Origin: Lingula anatina | Lineage: Eukaryota; Animalia; Brachiopoda | Direction: 5' to 3' | Length of the DNA: 64,000 bases | NCBI GenBank assembly: GCA_051362555.1 | Contig: CM120640.1 | Location: 35,731,967-35,795,966, forward strand | Shown: piece by piece, positions 62,023-64,000 of the stretch | How the letters are laid out: the number at the start of each line of letters is the position of its first letter | Numbering within the stretch: the stretch's first letter is position 1 | The notes under the pieces: model-generated | Database searches by the model: none | What the model was told of the DNA's origin: nothing | What the model saw: only the letters and a program-made list of their open reading frames with translations | Program-made: the position numbers and the translations under genes

Positions 62023-64000
62023 CAAGTTATAACCACAACATGTGCACATATTTTAGTATTGGTTCTACAGCATAAATGCATGCAGGTTCAATTCAATTCC
62101 CAGCAGGCACAAGGTGTCATTTCATAAATAAAATATGTCTAGACTTCAAAATGAAGCAGAAATGAAATACCTTGAAAGTACACAGTGAACGTGCCATGAT
62201 GTGACCTGAACAAAAAGGTGTTTTTAATACTGAGATCATACAGAAAAAAATATTGTGAAATAAAATATGGGGATTCAGTTTGCTTGAAGTGGAGTGGGAA
62301 GATACCATCAGAACATCTGAATAGTGTGAATACTATGACTTTATACCTGAGAACCTTAAAAGGCATGAATAGCATAAAAAAGTAAAAAGAAAAGCTGTCT
62401 CACACAAAAGGCTACACAAGACTCTTACAGTCAAGCTGATAAATTACTGATTTTCATGACAAAATTGAAAAGGATTGTAAAATCTATACCACGGAAATCC
62501 AATGACAATCTTCACTTAATAATGATAGTTGTGTTAGTAACTTTATCTTGAAGGTGTTGATACTGCACCTTAATTGTGGGTATTTTGTATCAGATTCAAC
62601 TTGTCAGATGCTCACGCACAAACTTCAGGAATGATTTCTGTTTGATATATGTATGTACAGCATGCTTGTGCAGGAATTTAAGGTGAAGGGAAGTTCATTT
62701 GGTACGCATTTTGTTGCATATACTTTCAGGTTTTGATATTTATGCAGTTACCTCTTTCCATCCTACCCCCTCCCCACCCCCAAAAATCAATAAAGAGTCA
62801 GGCATTTTGAGGGTATGGAATACCTTTTGCATTCCGTGTGATTGACCTTAGTTTTCCAGTGTGAGTCGTTATTTGAGCCCAATGTATTCTGCATGAAGCG
62901 TGATTCAGGAATTCTTGGTGATTGGTGATTGGCCTGAATATATCTTCTATTTGGTGATTGAGCTGTTTTAATTCTTGGTGATTAAGGAGGGGTATTCTCT
63001 ACCCTCATTTTTGCAACAACGGAGAAGTTCTCTTTCTTTAACACTTTTTGTTTAAAAAAAAAAAACTCCTAGGTTGGTGGCCCAGCAAGTTTTTCAGTTT
63101 AATTGAAAGTGATACAATTGGCAACTCTTTGTTTATCTACTTTTGTACTGTTCTGCTTTTTTTTTCATTGTTCAAGAGGAGTTTTAGGTCAATGTCTGGT
63201 AAAAATTATATTATACAGGAATGCTGAAAATACTGTGAGAAGAAAAAAAGCATCTACAGGAAATTGATCTACTTGAGTCATTTTACAATTACTCTGTTTC
63301 AACTGATTTTGAAGAGTAGGCCATGTAAAAAAAAGGGAACAAAACTTTTGACATCTTGCCAATGGAGAAGGAGACAAGCAGCACGTTGCCAGAGCTCTGA
63401 CGGCATGCCTCAACCCCAAAGTTGAATTTTTGCTCTAGATTGTCCTGGAGAAAAGTCATGCAGTGCTATGTTGCCCTCCTTGTATGCTGAACAATCAGAC
63501 AGAACTTACAGTTATTTTACCCTGACATACATAGGGGTTACATACTTCTTCAGTTTTACATTATTTGCTCAGATTGACAAACTCAATTGAACAAGGTATC
63601 TGGTGACTCTAGAACATTTTTGGCTTTTTTGTTTATTTATTTATTTTTTTAAGATTACCATGGGAAAGAGCTGTGTACATTGTTAAAGTTTTTTAAAACC
63701 AGTCAGAACACACAGTAGTCAGTCAACCTGGGAGACACACCTTAAGGTATAAATTAACTGTAAAACTTCACACTGCTTTCAGATGAAAGAATACAGTTCA
63801 CTCCATCTGGTTGTCTCTGTAGTAATTTGTCCCTAAAGCTGAAATCATGTTGAGTCATGAAGTGTTATTCGATAATTGACGAAAAAATAACCTCACACAG
63901 TACAGTGTGTGTAGAAAGGAATGCCATCTATATATATGAATAACGAGGGTGGCTTCAAGATCCTCTGCCCTCAGATCTCGTCAATTAAATTGAAAACCTA

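Overview
AT-rich, intron-rich eukaryotic DNA from an animal, most likely a non-vertebrate marine metazoan (inferred from the gene set, CpG pattern and MITE types). The supplied ORF track is mostly noise, so gene models were rebuilt by reading GT-AG splice sites and checking intron phase. From left to right: (1) the signal-peptide exon of a probable kainate-type ionotropic glutamate receptor on the minus strand (7281-7383; the rest lies left of the window), followed by about 14 kb of non-coding, CpG-containing DNA with motif clusters; (2) a complete 4-exon MEI4 gene (minus strand, about 369 aa); (3) a complete HACE1 gene with 26 coding exons (plus strand, 950 aa), head-to-head with MEI4 across a short promoter carrying TCTCGCGAGA and YY1-like motifs; (4) a spliced gene not visible as one ORF (about 284 aa), encoding an N-terminal CBM20 glycogen/starch-binding module, a stalk built from four tandemly duplicated 69-nt exons and a polybasic amphipathic Cys-containing C-terminus; (5) the 5' part of TTC28. 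At least three MITE-like families and several microsatellites are present. The CBM20 gene is the best candidate for something undescribed. Homology calls come from my recall of the protein families, not from database searches.
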